A stretch of DNA of 64,000 nucleotides. It comes from Oligoflexia bacterium. Lineage in GTDB: Bacteria; Bdellovibrionota; Bdellovibrionia; JABDDW01. A program made the position numbers and the translations under genes. Numbering within the stretch: the first letter of the stretch is position 1; every line of letters begins with the position of its first letter. Below the pieces are notes generated by a model that saw nothing but the letters and a program-made list of their open reading frames with translations, was not told the origin of the DNA and made no database searches. Below are positions 1-10,246 of this stretch, piece after piece. The stretch is from assembly GCA_016715815.1 (NCBI GenBank), contig JADJXN010000007.1, positions 5,549 through 69,548 on the forward strand, given 5' to 3'.

Positions 1-194
1 GCAAAATTAAAAAAGCGAGGCATTGGAAAAATGCTTGGTCCAGATAATACTAAAAGCGAAGCTTTTGCACTTGAGGTATTGGAAAATCCTGTTGGTGGAA
101 AAGAAACGGATAACACTATACAAAAAGCTATTGTTGGCGAAACGGTTTGGGGCTACCCATTTATGGTTAACTGCAAATGATATAGGATGATCTT

Positions 195-551
195 ATGATA
201 AAATTAATAACAGTTTTAAGCCTTTTGGCAATTTCTTCAACAACTTCAGCTGAAATAGTTAGCAAGAAAACTGCAAATGAAGGCTTAGAACAAACAATTA
301 GACAATATGTTGAATACAGCATTTCATTACAGGGCGGACAACCTTTTCAAGTTATTTATCTAAACCCTGAAACTGTTAACTTAGGCCAGCTTAAATGTGG
401 TTTAGATTCCAGCCAAAATCAAACTTGCGAGCTACCATTCAACCTTCGATACCAATGTAAGTATAATCTGAAAAGCTTAATATTTTATTATGAAAATAGA
501 GTCATGAGTATTCGCCCAGTTTACCAGACAAACCATCAGGGATGTAATTAA
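195..551 (+). CDS. hypothetical secreted protein (N-terminal signal peptide)
   Basis: ORF of 118 aa with a hydrophobic N-terminus ending ...TTSA; no recognisable domain. Confidence 0.35.
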   Translation: MIKLITVLSLLAISSTTSAEIVSKKTANEGLEQTIRQYVEYSISLQGGQPFQVIYLNPETVNLGQLKCGLDSSQNQTCELPFNLRYQCKYNLKSLIFYYENRVMSIRPVYQTNHQGCN

Positions 552-578
552 AGCCCCCCCCCCAACACGACAGGCTCG

Positions 579-1481
579 TTAATTAAACCTATCAAGTTTC
601 CAATTATAGCTTTCAAAACTAAGCTGGCTACAGTGTAAACCAAAAATGGGGGCCTCAATGCCACCATACATTTCATCCCCTACAATAGGGGATCCAAGTT
701 TTGATAATTGCGCTCTAATTTGATGAGTTCTACCTGTGATGAGATTTATTTCACTCAAAAAACCTGGCGCCATTGTTGGGATTTTTTTTCCAACATTAAA
801 TTCAAAACTTTTAACACTTAAAATTTCAAGCAAACACTCATCATATTTTATAATAGGGTCAACATTTTTACCCCTACCTTCAAATTCCTGCTCCGTTATA
901 ACTGTCTTAGGCGAGCGCAAGCTTTCCACCATAAAATGTCTAATTAAACCAGTCTCTGGTTTGGTGGTCGTTAAGGCCTGGTAGATTTTTTTTACCTTTC
1001 TATCTGATAAAAGCTGGTTGTAATGGGCTTGGTAATTTTTATTTTTTGCTAAAAGCACAAGGCCTGAAGTGGGCACATCAAGGCGGTTTGTAACATATAA
1101 TTTAGTTTCAAATGCAGCACTTAAGTTTTCTTTGGCGTTATCTAAAGTGGCGTGCATGGGAAGCCCTGAGGGCTTATTAAAAATAACAAAATCTTGGGTT
1201 TGAAAAATAATATTTTTTTGAAGCTCTTTAATATTAAAGGGGTATCTTTTGGGCTCCAAATGCACACGGACTTGATCTTGGCTATGTAAAATGAATGCTG
1301 CATCTAAAATGCGATTTTTATTTACATACACTGCACCTAAATTAATTAAAAACTCTAAACTCTCAAGGTTTGTGTTGGGAAGTTCTTGGCTTAGGTGTTT
1401 AATTAAATTTTCAGGCTTTATGGGCCCTTTTAGGTAGGCTATGCGCCCCTGGGACCTAAAGGCTCCGTAACTTTCACTCAT
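579..1481 (-). CDS. RluA-family 23S rRNA pseudouridine synthase
   Basis: 300 aa with the RluA motif HQIRAQLSKLGSPIVGDEMYGG and an S4-like N-terminus. Confidence 0.8.
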   Translation of the reverse strand: MSESYGAFRSQGRIAYLKGPIKPENLIKHLSQELPNTNLESLEFLINLGAVYVNKNRILDAAFILHSQDQVRVHLEPKRYPFNIKELQKNIIFQTQDFVIFNKPSGLPMHATLDNAKENLSAAFETKLYVTNRLDVPTSGLVLLAKNKNYQAHYNQLLSDRKVKKIYQALTTTKPETGLIRHFMVESLRSPKTVITEQEFEGRGKNVDPIIKYDECLLEILSVKSFEFNVGKKIPTMAPGFLSEINLITGRTHQIRAQLSKLGSPIVGDEMYGGIEAPIFGLHCSQLSFESYNWKLDRFN

Positions 1482-1544
1482 GGCGCTATGGTATACGCTT
1501 AAAACACTCTGCTTGCCACCACTTATGGCTTCGGGCTAAACTTC

Positions 1545-3173
1545 ATGCCATATATGCAAAGCCTACAAACCCACATTGATACTTCATCAGCGGAGTTTAA
1601 AGCAAACTCAGCCACCATGGAAAAGCTTTTAAAAGAGTACCTGCGCAATTTTGAAAAAGTCACCCAGGGTGGTGGCAAAGAAGCTATTTTAAAACACAGA
1701 GCCCGGGATAAATACACAGCCCGTGAGAGACTCACAAAACTCTTAGACCCAGGCACTCCCTTTTTAGAATTAAGCGCACTTGCCGCTTGGGATATGTACT
1801 CAAATGAAGCACCCAGTGCAGGAATTATAACAGGCATTGGTGTTATCCATGGGCGAGAAGTTATGGTTGTAGCCAATGATGCCACTGTTAAAGGTGGAAC
1901 TTATTTTCCCATAACGGTAAAAAAGCATTTACGCGCTCAAGAAATTGCCTTTGAAAATGCTCTGCCTTGTATTTACCTTGTAGATTCAGGTGGAGCCTTT
2001 TTACCTCTTCAAGCAGAAGTTTTTCCGGATAGGGATCACTTTGGCGGCATTTTTTATAACCAAGCTCGCATGTCAGCAGCAGGGATTGCACAAATTGCAT
2101 GTGTGATGGGCTCTTGCACCGCAGGGGGAGCATATATCCCAGCCATGTGTGATGAGTCTGTCATTGTCAGAGGTAATGGAACTATTTTTCTTGGTGGCCC
2201 CCCACTTGTCAGAGCTGCCACTGGGGAAATTGTTGATGCTGAAAGCCTTGGTGGAGCACAAGTTCATTGCCAAAAAAGTGGTGTGACAGATCATTTAGCT
2301 GAAGATGAAGACCACGCCCTTGAGATCGTAAGAAATATTGTAAAGAGCTTAAATAGAAAACCACTTAATCAGTCAAAATTAATTTTATCAGCTATTGCAC
2401 CAGCTGAGCCACTTTATGATGCAAAAGAAATGTATGGCATTATTCCAAAAGACACACGCCAACCATTTGACGTAAAAGAAATTATTGCACGCATTGTAGA
2501 TAAAAGTGAATTTCAGGAATTTAAAGCTCAGTATGGCACAACTTTAGTTTGCGGCTTTGCGCGTATTTGGGGCTTTCCTGTAGGAATAATTGCCAATAAC
2601 GGAGTTTTATTTAGCGAAAGCGCATTAAAGGCCACACATTTTATAGAACTTATGTGCCAAAGAAATATCCCTCTAGTGTTTTTGCAAAACATTACGGGCT
2701 TTATGGTTGGCAAAAAATATGAAAATGAAGGCATTGCAAAAGACGGCGCTAAAATGGTGATGGCTGTCAGTAATGCCCGTGTTCCTAAATTTACTGTTAT
2801 TATTGGCGGAAGCTATGGTGCCGGGAATTATGGCATGTGCGGACGTGCGTTTAGGCCAAGGCAATTATGGATGTGGCCCAACGCTAGAATTAGTGTCATG
2901 GGTGGAGAGCAGGCTGCAAATGTTTTACTCACCGTAAAGCTTGATCAACTTGCAGCTCAGAAAAAAACTATGAGCACTTCTGAGCAAGCAAATTTTAAAA
3001 AACCCACTTTAGAAAAATATGAAACTGAAAGCAGCTGCTATTATTCAACAGCACGTCTTTGGGATGATGGCATCATTGATCCCATAGACACAAGAAAGGT
3101 TTTAAGTTTAGGTCTTGCTGCTAGTGCTAATCAAAATGATGAAGAAACAAAATTTGGCGTCTTTAGAATGTAA
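1545..3173 (+). CDS. methylcrotonyl-CoA/propionyl-CoA carboxylase, carboxyltransferase (beta) subunit
   Basis: 542 aa with typical carboxyltransferase architecture ([23 protein letters not shown]); lies in an operon with enoyl-CoA hydratase, biotin carboxylase and HMG-CoA lyase, which fits the leucine/isovalerate (liu) catabolic pathway. Confidence 0.85.
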   Translation: MPYMQSLQTHIDTSSAEFKANSATMEKLLKEYLRNFEKVTQGGGKEAILKHRARDKYTARERLTKLLDPGTPFLELSALAAWDMYSNEAPSAGIITGIGVIHGREVMVVANDATVKGGTYFPITVKKHLRAQEIAFENALPCIYLVDSGGAFLPLQAEVFPDRDHFGGIFYNQARMSAAGIAQIACVMGSCTAGGAYIPAMCDESVIVRGNGTIFLGGPPLVRAATGEIVDAESLGGAQVHCQKSGVTDHLAEDEDHALEIVRNIVKSLNRKPLNQSKLILSAIAPAEPLYDAKEMYGIIPKDTRQPFDVKEIIARIVDKSEFQEFKAQYGTTLVCGFARIWGFPVGIIANNGVLFSESALKATHFIELMCQRNIPLVFLQNITGFMVGKKYENEGIAKDGAKMVMAVSNARVPKFTVIIGGSYGAGNYGMCGRAFRPRQLWMWPNARISVMGGEQAANVLLTVKLDQLAAQKKTMSTSEQANFKKPTLEKYETESSCYYSTARLWDDGIIDPIDTRKVLSLGLAASANQNDEETKFGVFRM

Positions 3174-3185
3174 GGAAAAAATTTT

Positions 3186-3962
3186 ATGTCACAAGTATTA
3201 ATAGAGAAAAACAATCGCATCTTAAATGTAACTCTTAATCGCCCAGAGGCCCACAATGCTTTAAGTGTAGAAATGATGAAGCTTATTCAAAAAGCTTTTG
3301 AAAGTGTTAAAAAAGACAAAACCATTAGAGCTGTTCATTTAAAAGCAAATGGCCCAAGCTTTTGTGCAGGGGGAGATCTTAATTGGATGCGCGCCTCTGC
3401 TAAATTCACTTTAGCCCAAAATATTAAAGATGCCACACAGCTTTCAAACATGTATGAAAGTATTTTTAATTGCCCAACACCTGTTTTAGCTTCTGTGCAT
3501 GGAAATATTTTTGGCGGAGGCCTTGGACTTATTGCCACTTGTGATGTTGTTGCGTCCACAATGGACACTAAATTTTGTTTTTCTGAATTAAAAATTGGTG
3601 TAGTGCCAAGTATTATAGCCCCTTACGTTTTAAGAAAAATTCCAGAAAAAGATGCAAGGCAGTTATTTTTAACTGCTGAGCTTTTTAAAACTGATAAAGC
3701 GCTTCAATGTGGCCTTATTCATTATGTTGGCTTAACCGAGCAAGAGCGTAACCAATTTATATCAGAACGCCTTGAGATGATTTCACATAACGCGCCAGAA
3801 GGCACACGTGTTACAAAGGATTTACTACATAAACTAAAATCTTTAAACCATGCCGGTGCAAAAAAATTAACCATTAAAACCATAGCTCAAAGAAGAGTTT
3901 CAAAAGAGGGTCAGGAAGGCTTAAAATCTTTTTTTGAAAAGAAAGATCCTAGCTGGAAATAA
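3186..3962 (+). CDS. enoyl-CoA hydratase/isomerase family (likely methylglutaconyl-CoA hydratase)
   Basis: 258 aa crotonase fold (AGGDL..., GGGLGLIATCD); operon context with the MCC subunits and HMG-CoA lyase. Confidence 0.8.
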   Translation: MSQVLIEKNNRILNVTLNRPEAHNALSVEMMKLIQKAFESVKKDKTIRAVHLKANGPSFCAGGDLNWMRASAKFTLAQNIKDATQLSNMYESIFNCPTPVLASVHGNIFGGGLGLIATCDVVASTMDTKFCFSELKIGVVPSIIAPYVLRKIPEKDARQLFLTAELFKTDKALQCGLIHYVGLTEQERNQFISERLEMISHNAPEGTRVTKDLLHKLKSLNHAGAKKLTIKTIAQRRVSKEGQEGLKSFFEKKDPSWK

Positions 3963-3965
3963 ATA

Positions 3966-5423
3966 ATGCGAGTAGGAATAATAAACCGAGGCGAAGTAGC
4001 TGTTAGAATTATAAAATCTTGTCATGAACTTGGTTTAAAAACTGTCTTGTTTCATTCAAGCTCAGATAAACAAACCCTAGCCTATGAGCTTTGCGATGAA
4101 GCCTTTGAGCTAAAAGGTCAAACTCCGCTGGAGACTTATTTAAATATTCCAGTTATTATTGAGGCGTTAAAGGCCACCAAGGTAGATCTTGTGCACCCTG
4201 GCTTTGGTTTCCTAAGTGAGAACGCTTATTTTGTAACTCAGCTTGAGAATAATAAAATTAATTTCATTGGCCCCAAAGCCACATCTATTGATGCCGTTGG
4301 AAATAAAATTAAAGCCATAAAGCTTGCTCAAAGTGCAGGTGTACCAACAACACCAAGCTATGTTGGCCCAACTGATGATGCAAAAAAACTTCTTATTGAG
4401 GTAAAAAAAATAGGCTACCCCTGTATGGTAAAAGCCGCCGCCGGTGGTGGCGGAAAGGGAATGAAGAGGGTTAATTCTGATAAAGAATTACTAGAGCAAG
4501 TTGAATCAGCCAAACGTGAAGCACAAAATTCCTTTGGAAATAATGAGGTATTTATTGAAAAAATAATTGAAGACGCCAGGCACATTGAGGTGCAAATTTT
4601 GTGTGACAAATTTGGCAATAACTTTCATTTTTATGAAAGGGATTGTACAGTGCAAAGAAGGTATCAAAAAATTTTTGAGGAAACTCCCTCGCCAACTTTA
4701 AAGCCGGATTTAAGAGAAAAAATCCTAGATTGTGCTTTAAAAATTGCAAAAGCCGCCAATTACACAAATGCAGGCACCGTTGAGTTTTTAGTAGAACCTG
4801 GTGGTAATTTTTATTTTATGGAGCTAAACACAAGGCTTCAAGTAGAACACACAGTGTCTGAAATGCTTTGCGGGGTTGATTTTATAAAACTTCAAATCTC
4901 CATTGCGTTAGGAGAAAAATTAGAATTTAAACAAAAAGATATCATGCCGCGTGGCCACGCCTTAGAGGTTCGCATTTATGCTGAAAACCCAGAGCAAGAG
5001 TTTTTACCGTCTACCGGAGATATTTTAGAGCTATATTTGCCTATTGGCCCACATAGACGTTTTGATTTTGGTTATTCCAAAGGCCACAGCGTAACACCTT
5101 ATTTTGACCCCATGATTGGAAAAGTTATCACTTGGGCACCCACAAGAATGGAAAACTTAAAGCGCATGCATGCCACACTGAGTGAGCTTGTTATTTTTGG
5201 CATTTATACAAATATTGAATTTCTAAAATCTGTTTTAACTAATAAAAAATTTATTTCAGGCCACTACAACACGCACTTTTTAGAAGAGGCCTATGCCAGT
5301 GGTTTTAACCCGCCCCAGCTTTCACAAGATCAAAATGAGTTTGCAAAACTTGCTATGAAAAACTCTCAGCTCACTCAAAGTGTTAATGCTCAAGGTTTAA
5401 GGTATCAATCGCCATGGCAATAA
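3966..5423 (+). CDS. biotin carboxylase domain of acyl-CoA carboxylase alpha subunit
   Basis: 485 aa with an ATP-grasp glycine loop (MVKAAAGGGGKGM) and typical AccC-like sequence; ends 10 nt into the next ORF in another frame. Confidence 0.85.
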   Translation: MRVGIINRGEVAVRIIKSCHELGLKTVLFHSSSDKQTLAYELCDEAFELKGQTPLETYLNIPVIIEALKATKVDLVHPGFGFLSENAYFVTQLENNKINFIGPKATSIDAVGNKIKAIKLAQSAGVPTTPSYVGPTDDAKKLLIEVKKIGYPCMVKAAAGGGGKGMKRVNSDKELLEQVESAKREAQNSFGNNEVFIEKIIEDARHIEVQILCDKFGNNFHFYERDCTVQRRYQKIFEETPSPTLKPDLREKILDCALKIAKAANYTNAGTVEFLVEPGGNFYFMELNTRLQVEHTVSEMLCGVDFIKLQISIALGEKLEFKQKDIMPRGHALEVRIYAENPEQEFLPSTGDILELYLPIGPHRRFDFGYSKGHSVTPYFDPMIGKVITWAPTRMENLKRMHATLSELVIFGIYTNIEFLKSVLTNKKFISGHYNTHFLEEAYASGFNPPQLSQDQNEFAKLAMKNSQLTQSVNAQGLRYQSPWQ

Positions 5424-5761
5424 CTAAGTATTTAAGGCAGGGCTCAAAACTTTGGGTGCATCATAGTGGAAGAACTTTTGTTGTTGAAGCAGAGGGCAGT
5501 GCAACCGGCTTGATTACAAAACCACATAAGAAAAAAACTTTAAGTGGTGTATTAGAATCCCCCATGCCTGGAAAAATTTTAAAAATAAATGTAAAAAAAG
5601 GCGAGGTGGTAAAGGAAAATCAAACATTATGTGTAATAGAGGCCATGAAAATGGAGTATGCCCTAAAAGCTCCTTTTGATGGTAAAATTAAAGAAGTCTT
5701 TAAGACCCCAAATCAACTGGTTGTGTTAAGTGAGAAAGTTTTAGAAATGGAAAAACAATAA
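5414..5761 (+). CDS. biotin carboxyl carrier (biotinyl/lipoyl) domain protein
   Basis: 115 aa with the biotinylation motif EAMKME; a separate ORF overlapping the biotin carboxylase ORF (split or frameshifted alpha subunit). Confidence 0.7.
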   Translation: MAITKYLRQGSKLWVHHSGRTFVVEAEGSATGLITKPHKKKTLSGVLESPMPGKILKINVKKGEVVKENQTLCVIEAMKMEYALKAPFDGKIKEVFKTPNQLVVLSEKVLEMEKQ

Positions 5762-6657
5762 TGAAAGTAAAAATTGTAGAAGTTGGTCCCCGTGATGGAC
5801 TTCAGAATGAACAAAAAGTTCTAACACTAGAGCAAAAAAAGCGCTTTATTGAATTACTTATTCAAGCAGGCCATGAATTTATAGAAGTAGGTGCTTTTGT
5901 AAGGGAAGATAAAATTCCCCAAATGGCAAATACGGGTGAGTTATTAATGTCTTTGCAAAAAAATCTCTCCGGAAAAGTAAATTTATCTGTGTTAGTTCCA
6001 AATGCAAAAGGCTTTATGTTAGCCCAAAAGGCAAATGCTAAATCAATTTCTGTTTTTACAGCAGCAAGTGAGACTTTTAATAAAAATAATATCAACGCCA
6101 GTATTGAAGAAAGCTTAGAAAACTTTAAGGCATTTTTACCAGAGGCTAAAAAAAATAAATTATTTATTCGTGGCTATGTTTCAACCTGCTTTGGCTGCCC
6201 CTATGAGGGTAAGGTTTCTGAAAAGGCCGTACTAAATGTAACACAAAAACTATTAAAACTAGGGGTTAACGAAATTAGCATTGGAGACACCATAGGTGTG
6301 GCAAACCCAACACAGGTTAAACAATTAACAAAAAAACTTTTAAAGCTAGTGGGCCATAAAAAACTAGCTCTTCACTTTCATGACACCCGAGGCACTGCTT
6401 TAGCTAACATTTTAAGCGGGCTTGATGCTGGTGTTAGAATTTTTGATACTTCTTCTGGCGGCCTTGGTGGCTGCCCCTATGCTCCAGGTGCAAGTGGAAA
6501 TGTGGCCACAGAGGATGTTTTATACATGCTTCATGAAATGGGCGTTAAAACCAAAATTGATTTAAATAAGGCAAGCCGTGCTGCCCTTTATATTCAAGAG
6601 GTTTTGGGCTATAAGTTACCAGGCAAATATCTACAAAGTATTAAAGAAATTCCGTGA
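5761..6657 (+). CDS. hydroxymethylglutaryl-CoA lyase
   Basis: 298 aa; the N-terminus VEVGPRDGLQNE and the TIM-barrel HMGL family are recognisable. Confidence 0.9.
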   Translation: MKVKIVEVGPRDGLQNEQKVLTLEQKKRFIELLIQAGHEFIEVGAFVREDKIPQMANTGELLMSLQKNLSGKVNLSVLVPNAKGFMLAQKANAKSISVFTAASETFNKNNINASIEESLENFKAFLPEAKKNKLFIRGYVSTCFGCPYEGKVSEKAVLNVTQKLLKLGVNEISIGDTIGVANPTQVKQLTKKLLKLVGHKKLALHFHDTRGTALANILSGLDAGVRIFDTSSGGLGGCPYAPGASGNVATEDVLYMLHEMGVKTKIDLNKASRAALYIQEVLGYKLPGKYLQSIKEIP

Positions 6658-7538
6658 GAGTTGTTATTACCCTATCAGGACAAGGCCAACGATTTTTGGA
6701 AGCCGGCTATAAAAAAATTAAGCCTCTTATTGAAGTTGACGGCAAACCGATAATAGAGCATTTAGTAGAAAAATTTCCAAGCAAGTGGCTTAAAACATTC
6801 ATTTGTAATGATGAGCAATATAAAAGCGAAGAATTAATAACAACACTAAACAAAATTGCTCCTGGCTCAAAAATTGTAGCCATACCAAAACATTTCAAAG
6901 GACCCGTATGGTCAGTGCTTGAAGCTATGAAACTTATGCCTGACTCTATTTCAGACAGCGAACCTTTAATTGTAAATTACTGTGATTTTAGCTTTGAATG
7001 GAGCTCTGAAGAATTTGAAAACTTTGTCGCGCAAACTGACTGTGATGGCGCTGTTGTTTGCTACACAGGCTTTCACCCTAGCTATATTCGCCCTAATTTA
7101 TACGCATATTGCAAAGTAGATGGCTCAAAGGTTTTAGAAATTAAAGAAAAGGGGCATTTTACCCAAGATAGAACTCAAGAGTATGCATCTAGTGGCACAT
7201 ATTATTTTAAATCAGGAAAAATTATTAAAAAATATTTTAATGTTGCAATGCAATCAGAGCACCTTATTAATGGCGAAGCTTTTGTGAGCTTAGCATACAT
7301 GCCTATGCTAAAAGATGGGCTCGATATAAGAGTATTTGAAATTAAATGGTTTTTACAATGGGGAACACCTGAGGATTTAAAAGATTACCAGTATTGGTCA
7401 AATTTCTTTAAAGTGACCCCCCCCGTTCATTTCATAAATCTTTGTATTAAAAAGGGTTTAGATGTAAAACTATTAAAAACGAGAGAGTTTGATTATTGGT
7501 ATAATTATTTTACCTTTAAACAAATGCGCGAGGCCTAA
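6654..7538 (+). CDS. sugar-nucleotide nucleotidyltransferase-like protein
   Basis: 294 aa with an NTP-transferase-like N-terminus (ITLSGQGQRF...KPLIEVDGKPII); overlaps the HMG-CoA lyase stop. Confidence 0.45.
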   Translation: MRVVITLSGQGQRFLEAGYKKIKPLIEVDGKPIIEHLVEKFPSKWLKTFICNDEQYKSEELITTLNKIAPGSKIVAIPKHFKGPVWSVLEAMKLMPDSISDSEPLIVNYCDFSFEWSSEEFENFVAQTDCDGAVVCYTGFHPSYIRPNLYAYCKVDGSKVLEIKEKGHFTQDRTQEYASSGTYYFKSGKIIKKYFNVAMQSEHLINGEAFVSLAYMPMLKDGLDIRVFEIKWFLQWGTPEDLKDYQYWSNFFKVTPPVHFINLCIKKGLDVKLLKTREFDYWYNYFTFKQMREA

Positions 7539-7539
7539 G

Positions 7540-8337
7540 ATGAGTTGGATTAAAAAACATAAAATATTATCAGTTATTATTTTAATAATTTTACTTATTG
7601 CGGTAAGTGGAATTATTAAAAAAAGAAAATCAGCCAATACTCTTCTTACCGAGCCTCTTAAAACCGGCACTATCATTGAAAGTGTTTATGGTATTGGAAC
7701 CATTACAGCTGTTAAAAGTTTTCAAGTAAAAGTAACCGTTAATAACACCATTCAAAGGCTTTTTGTAAAAGAAGGTGATTTTGTTAAAAAAGGCCAAAGA
7801 CTTGTCATTATGGATGCCGGTAACTTTAGCGCCCCTTTTGATGGCACCATTACTTACCTTCCTTTTAAAGAGGGGGAAAATGTTTTTGCAAATTCTATTG
7901 TTTTAAGCCTTGTGGATTTAACTGACCGCTATTTGGTAGTCACCCTTGAGCAACAAGGAGCACTTCGAGTGCGGCATGGGCAAAAAGCTCGCTTAAGTTT
8001 TGACAGCATGCGCTCAGAATCTTTTGAGGGAGTAGTACAGTCAGTATATTCAAATGATAACAGCTTTCTTGTCCGCATTGACGTACCTAATATTCCACCA
8101 CAAATTTTACCAGGCATGACAGCCGATGTTGCCATTGGAATTAATGAGAAGAAAAATGTTCTGCTAGCACCTATTGCTGCACTTGATTCAGATAAAGTGT
8201 ATAAAAAAAATGATTTTGGTGCCGCTGAAGAATTTAAAGTAAAACTCGGCATTGCAGATGGTGAAATGGTTGAGATTATTTCAGATGAAATTAAAGAGGG
8301 CGACCGTTTACTTATTAAGAAAAAACTACTTCCATGA
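7540..8337 (+). CDS. HlyD/MacA-family periplasmic adaptor (membrane fusion protein)
   Basis: Start moved to MSWIKK (track ORF starts at 7489); N-terminal TM helix then a beta/lipoyl-like region; operon with FtsX-like permease and ABC ATPase. Confidence 0.65.
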   Translation: MSWIKKHKILSVIILIILLIAVSGIIKKRKSANTLLTEPLKTGTIIESVYGIGTITAVKSFQVKVTVNNTIQRLFVKEGDFVKKGQRLVIMDAGNFSAPFDGTITYLPFKEGENVFANSIVLSLVDLTDRYLVVTLEQQGALRVRHGQKARLSFDSMRSESFEGVVQSVYSNDNSFLVRIDVPNIPPQILPGMTADVAIGINEKKNVLLAPIAALDSDKVYKKNDFGAAEEFKVKLGIADGEMVEIISDEIKEGDRLLIKKKLLP

Positions 8338-9587
8338 CCTTTTTAGCTGTTAAGTATTTACTAGCAAGAAGAAGACAAACCGTATTAATGCTTCTTGGGA
8401 TTTTTTTTGGAACAGCCGCTTATGTGGCTATTTCTGGTTTTATGCTTGGCTTTAGAGAATATCTTGTTGAGCAGCTAATTAATAACAATGCGCATATTCA
8501 TATACAAGCCAGGGAGGAATTTTTAACTAATCACAGCCTAGATCACTCTTTTTATAAAAAGGCATATGATTATATTTTTTGGTCTACACCTCCTTCTGGC
8601 AGAAAAGATAGTGCCATTGTGGAAAACCCTCAGCTTTGGTACGAGCGCTTAAGAAATGATCCCAGGGTTGTTGCCTATTCACCGCAACTCACTACTTCTG
8701 TAATTTTTAGTAAAGGCAAGGCTACTGTACCCGCCACATTAATAGGTTGTGATCCACTTCAACAAACAAAAGTAACCACTATTGGAGAATATATAACACA
8801 AGGTAAATTTTCAGATTTAGCTGTTGGTGGAAACCGTGTGATTTTGGGAGATGAACTCATGAATCGCCTAGGTGCTCGAGTTTCAGAAAATATTTTTCTC
8901 TCTTTAGCCAATAGTGCTCCAATCCCTTTTAAAGTAGTAGGTATTTATAAAACAGGGAATAAATTAGCAGATGCTTCTGCCTATGGAGCTATAGGAGATG
9001 TTCAAAGGGTAAGTAAGTCTTCCAACAAAGTGAATGAAATTGCTGTAAAATTAGTAGATCACTCACAAGCCTCAGCCATTGCATCAACTTGGGCAAAACT
9101 AGGCCTAGAAAAAGTACAAAGCTGGGACCAAGTAAATGCTAATATTTTTGAAATTTTTAAAATTCAAGATGCTGTTAGGTTTTTATCTATCGGGGCCATT
9201 ATGGTTGTAGCTGCATTTGGAATTTATAATGTTTTAAACATGACTGTTATGCAAAAGAAAAAAGATGTGGCCATTTTGCACTCCATGGGCTACAGCACAA
9301 AAGATATTGTTTCTTTATTTTTCACACAGGGAATTATTTTGGGTTTTACAGGTGTCATTTTAGGTTTAAGTTTTGGTTATGTCTTTTGTTTATACTTACA
9401 AACCATACCATTTGGTGGTGGGCCCACAGCAGTAGGTACAGGTTATCTCATGGTTTCTTTTAACCCCGCTATTTATGTTCAAGCGGCGGGCCTTGCATTT
9501 TTAGCCGCCACCATAGCAAGTGTATTACCCGCTTATGCCGCTGGCAAACTAACTCCCATTGAAATTATAAGGTCCGGTGCAGAATGA
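8334..9587 (+). CDS. ABC transporter permease, FtsX/MacB/LolCE family
   Basis: 417 aa; N-terminal TM, large periplasmic domain and C-terminal TM cluster typical of FtsX-like permeases. Confidence 0.75.
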   Translation: MTFLAVKYLLARRRQTVLMLLGIFFGTAAYVAISGFMLGFREYLVEQLINNNAHIHIQAREEFLTNHSLDHSFYKKAYDYIFWSTPPSGRKDSAIVENPQLWYERLRNDPRVVAYSPQLTTSVIFSKGKATVPATLIGCDPLQQTKVTTIGEYITQGKFSDLAVGGNRVILGDELMNRLGARVSENIFLSLANSAPIPFKVVGIYKTGNKLADASAYGAIGDVQRVSKSSNKVNEIAVKLVDHSQASAIASTWAKLGLEKVQSWDQVNANIFEIFKIQDAVRFLSIGAIMVVAAFGIYNVLNMTVMQKKKDVAILHSMGYSTKDIVSLFFTQGIILGFTGVILGLSFGYVFCLYLQTIPFGGGPTAVGTGYLMVSFNPAIYVQAAGLAFLAATIASVLPAYAAGKLTPIEIIRSGAE

Positions 9588-10246
9588 GTTTAATAGCGCA
9601 TAAAGTACATAAAACTTTAGGTGAACCGCCAACAAAAGTTTTAACAGATATTAATTTTGAAATTAAAGATGGGGAATTTGTAGCCCTTACTGGGCGTTCT
9701 GGCTCTGGTAAAAGTACTTTGCTTTATTTACTAAGTAGTTTAGATACCCCCACACAAGGATACATTGAAATTGATAAACACAATGTAAGTCAAATGACAA
9801 AACTAGAAGTTTGCAAATTTAGAAATGAGCAAATGGGCTTTGTATTTCAGTTTCATTATCTTATTGCAGAATTAAGTGCTTTAGAGAATGTTTTAATGCC
9901 CGCTAAAAAGGCGGGTTTGGCTGATAAAAAAAAGAATTATGCGCAAGATCTTTTAAAACAATTTGGTTTAGCAGACAAACCTCACCGCTTACCCCGCCAG
10001 CTTTCCGGCGGGGAACAGCAAAGAGTGGCTATTGCGCGAGCCCTTGTCATGCAGCCAAAGTATCTTTTTGCTGATGAGCCAACAGGCTCACTTGATTCAC
10101 ACAATAGCGAAGTGGTGATGAATATTATTCGTGAAGCTAATCAAAACCTGGGTACCACCGTCATCATGGTTACCCACGATGTTGGTTTTGCAAAACAAGC
10201 CAGAAGACAAATTCATCTTGTTGATGGTAAAGTAGTTTCTTCTTAA
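9584..10246 (+). CDS. ABC transporter ATP-binding protein (MacB/LolD-like)
   Basis: Walker A GRSGSGKST, signature LSGGEQQR, Walker B LFADEPTG. Confidence 0.85.
   Translation: MSLIAHKVHKTLGEPPTKVLTDINFEIKDGEFVALTGRSGSGKSTLLYLLSSLDTPTQGYIEIDKHNVSQMTKLEVCKFRNEQMGFVFQFHYLIAELSALENVLMPAKKAGLADKKKNYAQDLLKQFGLADKPHRLPRQLSGGEQQRVAIARALVMQPKYLFADEPTGSLDSHNSEVVMNIIREANQNLGTTVIMVTHDVGFAKQARRQIHLVDGKVVSS

Noticed and set aside
1523-2294. Minus-strand ORFs 1523..1885, 1888..2133 and 2073..2294 inside the carboxyltransferase gene
   Set aside because: They are shadow ORFs antisense to a strongly supported conserved enzyme gene.
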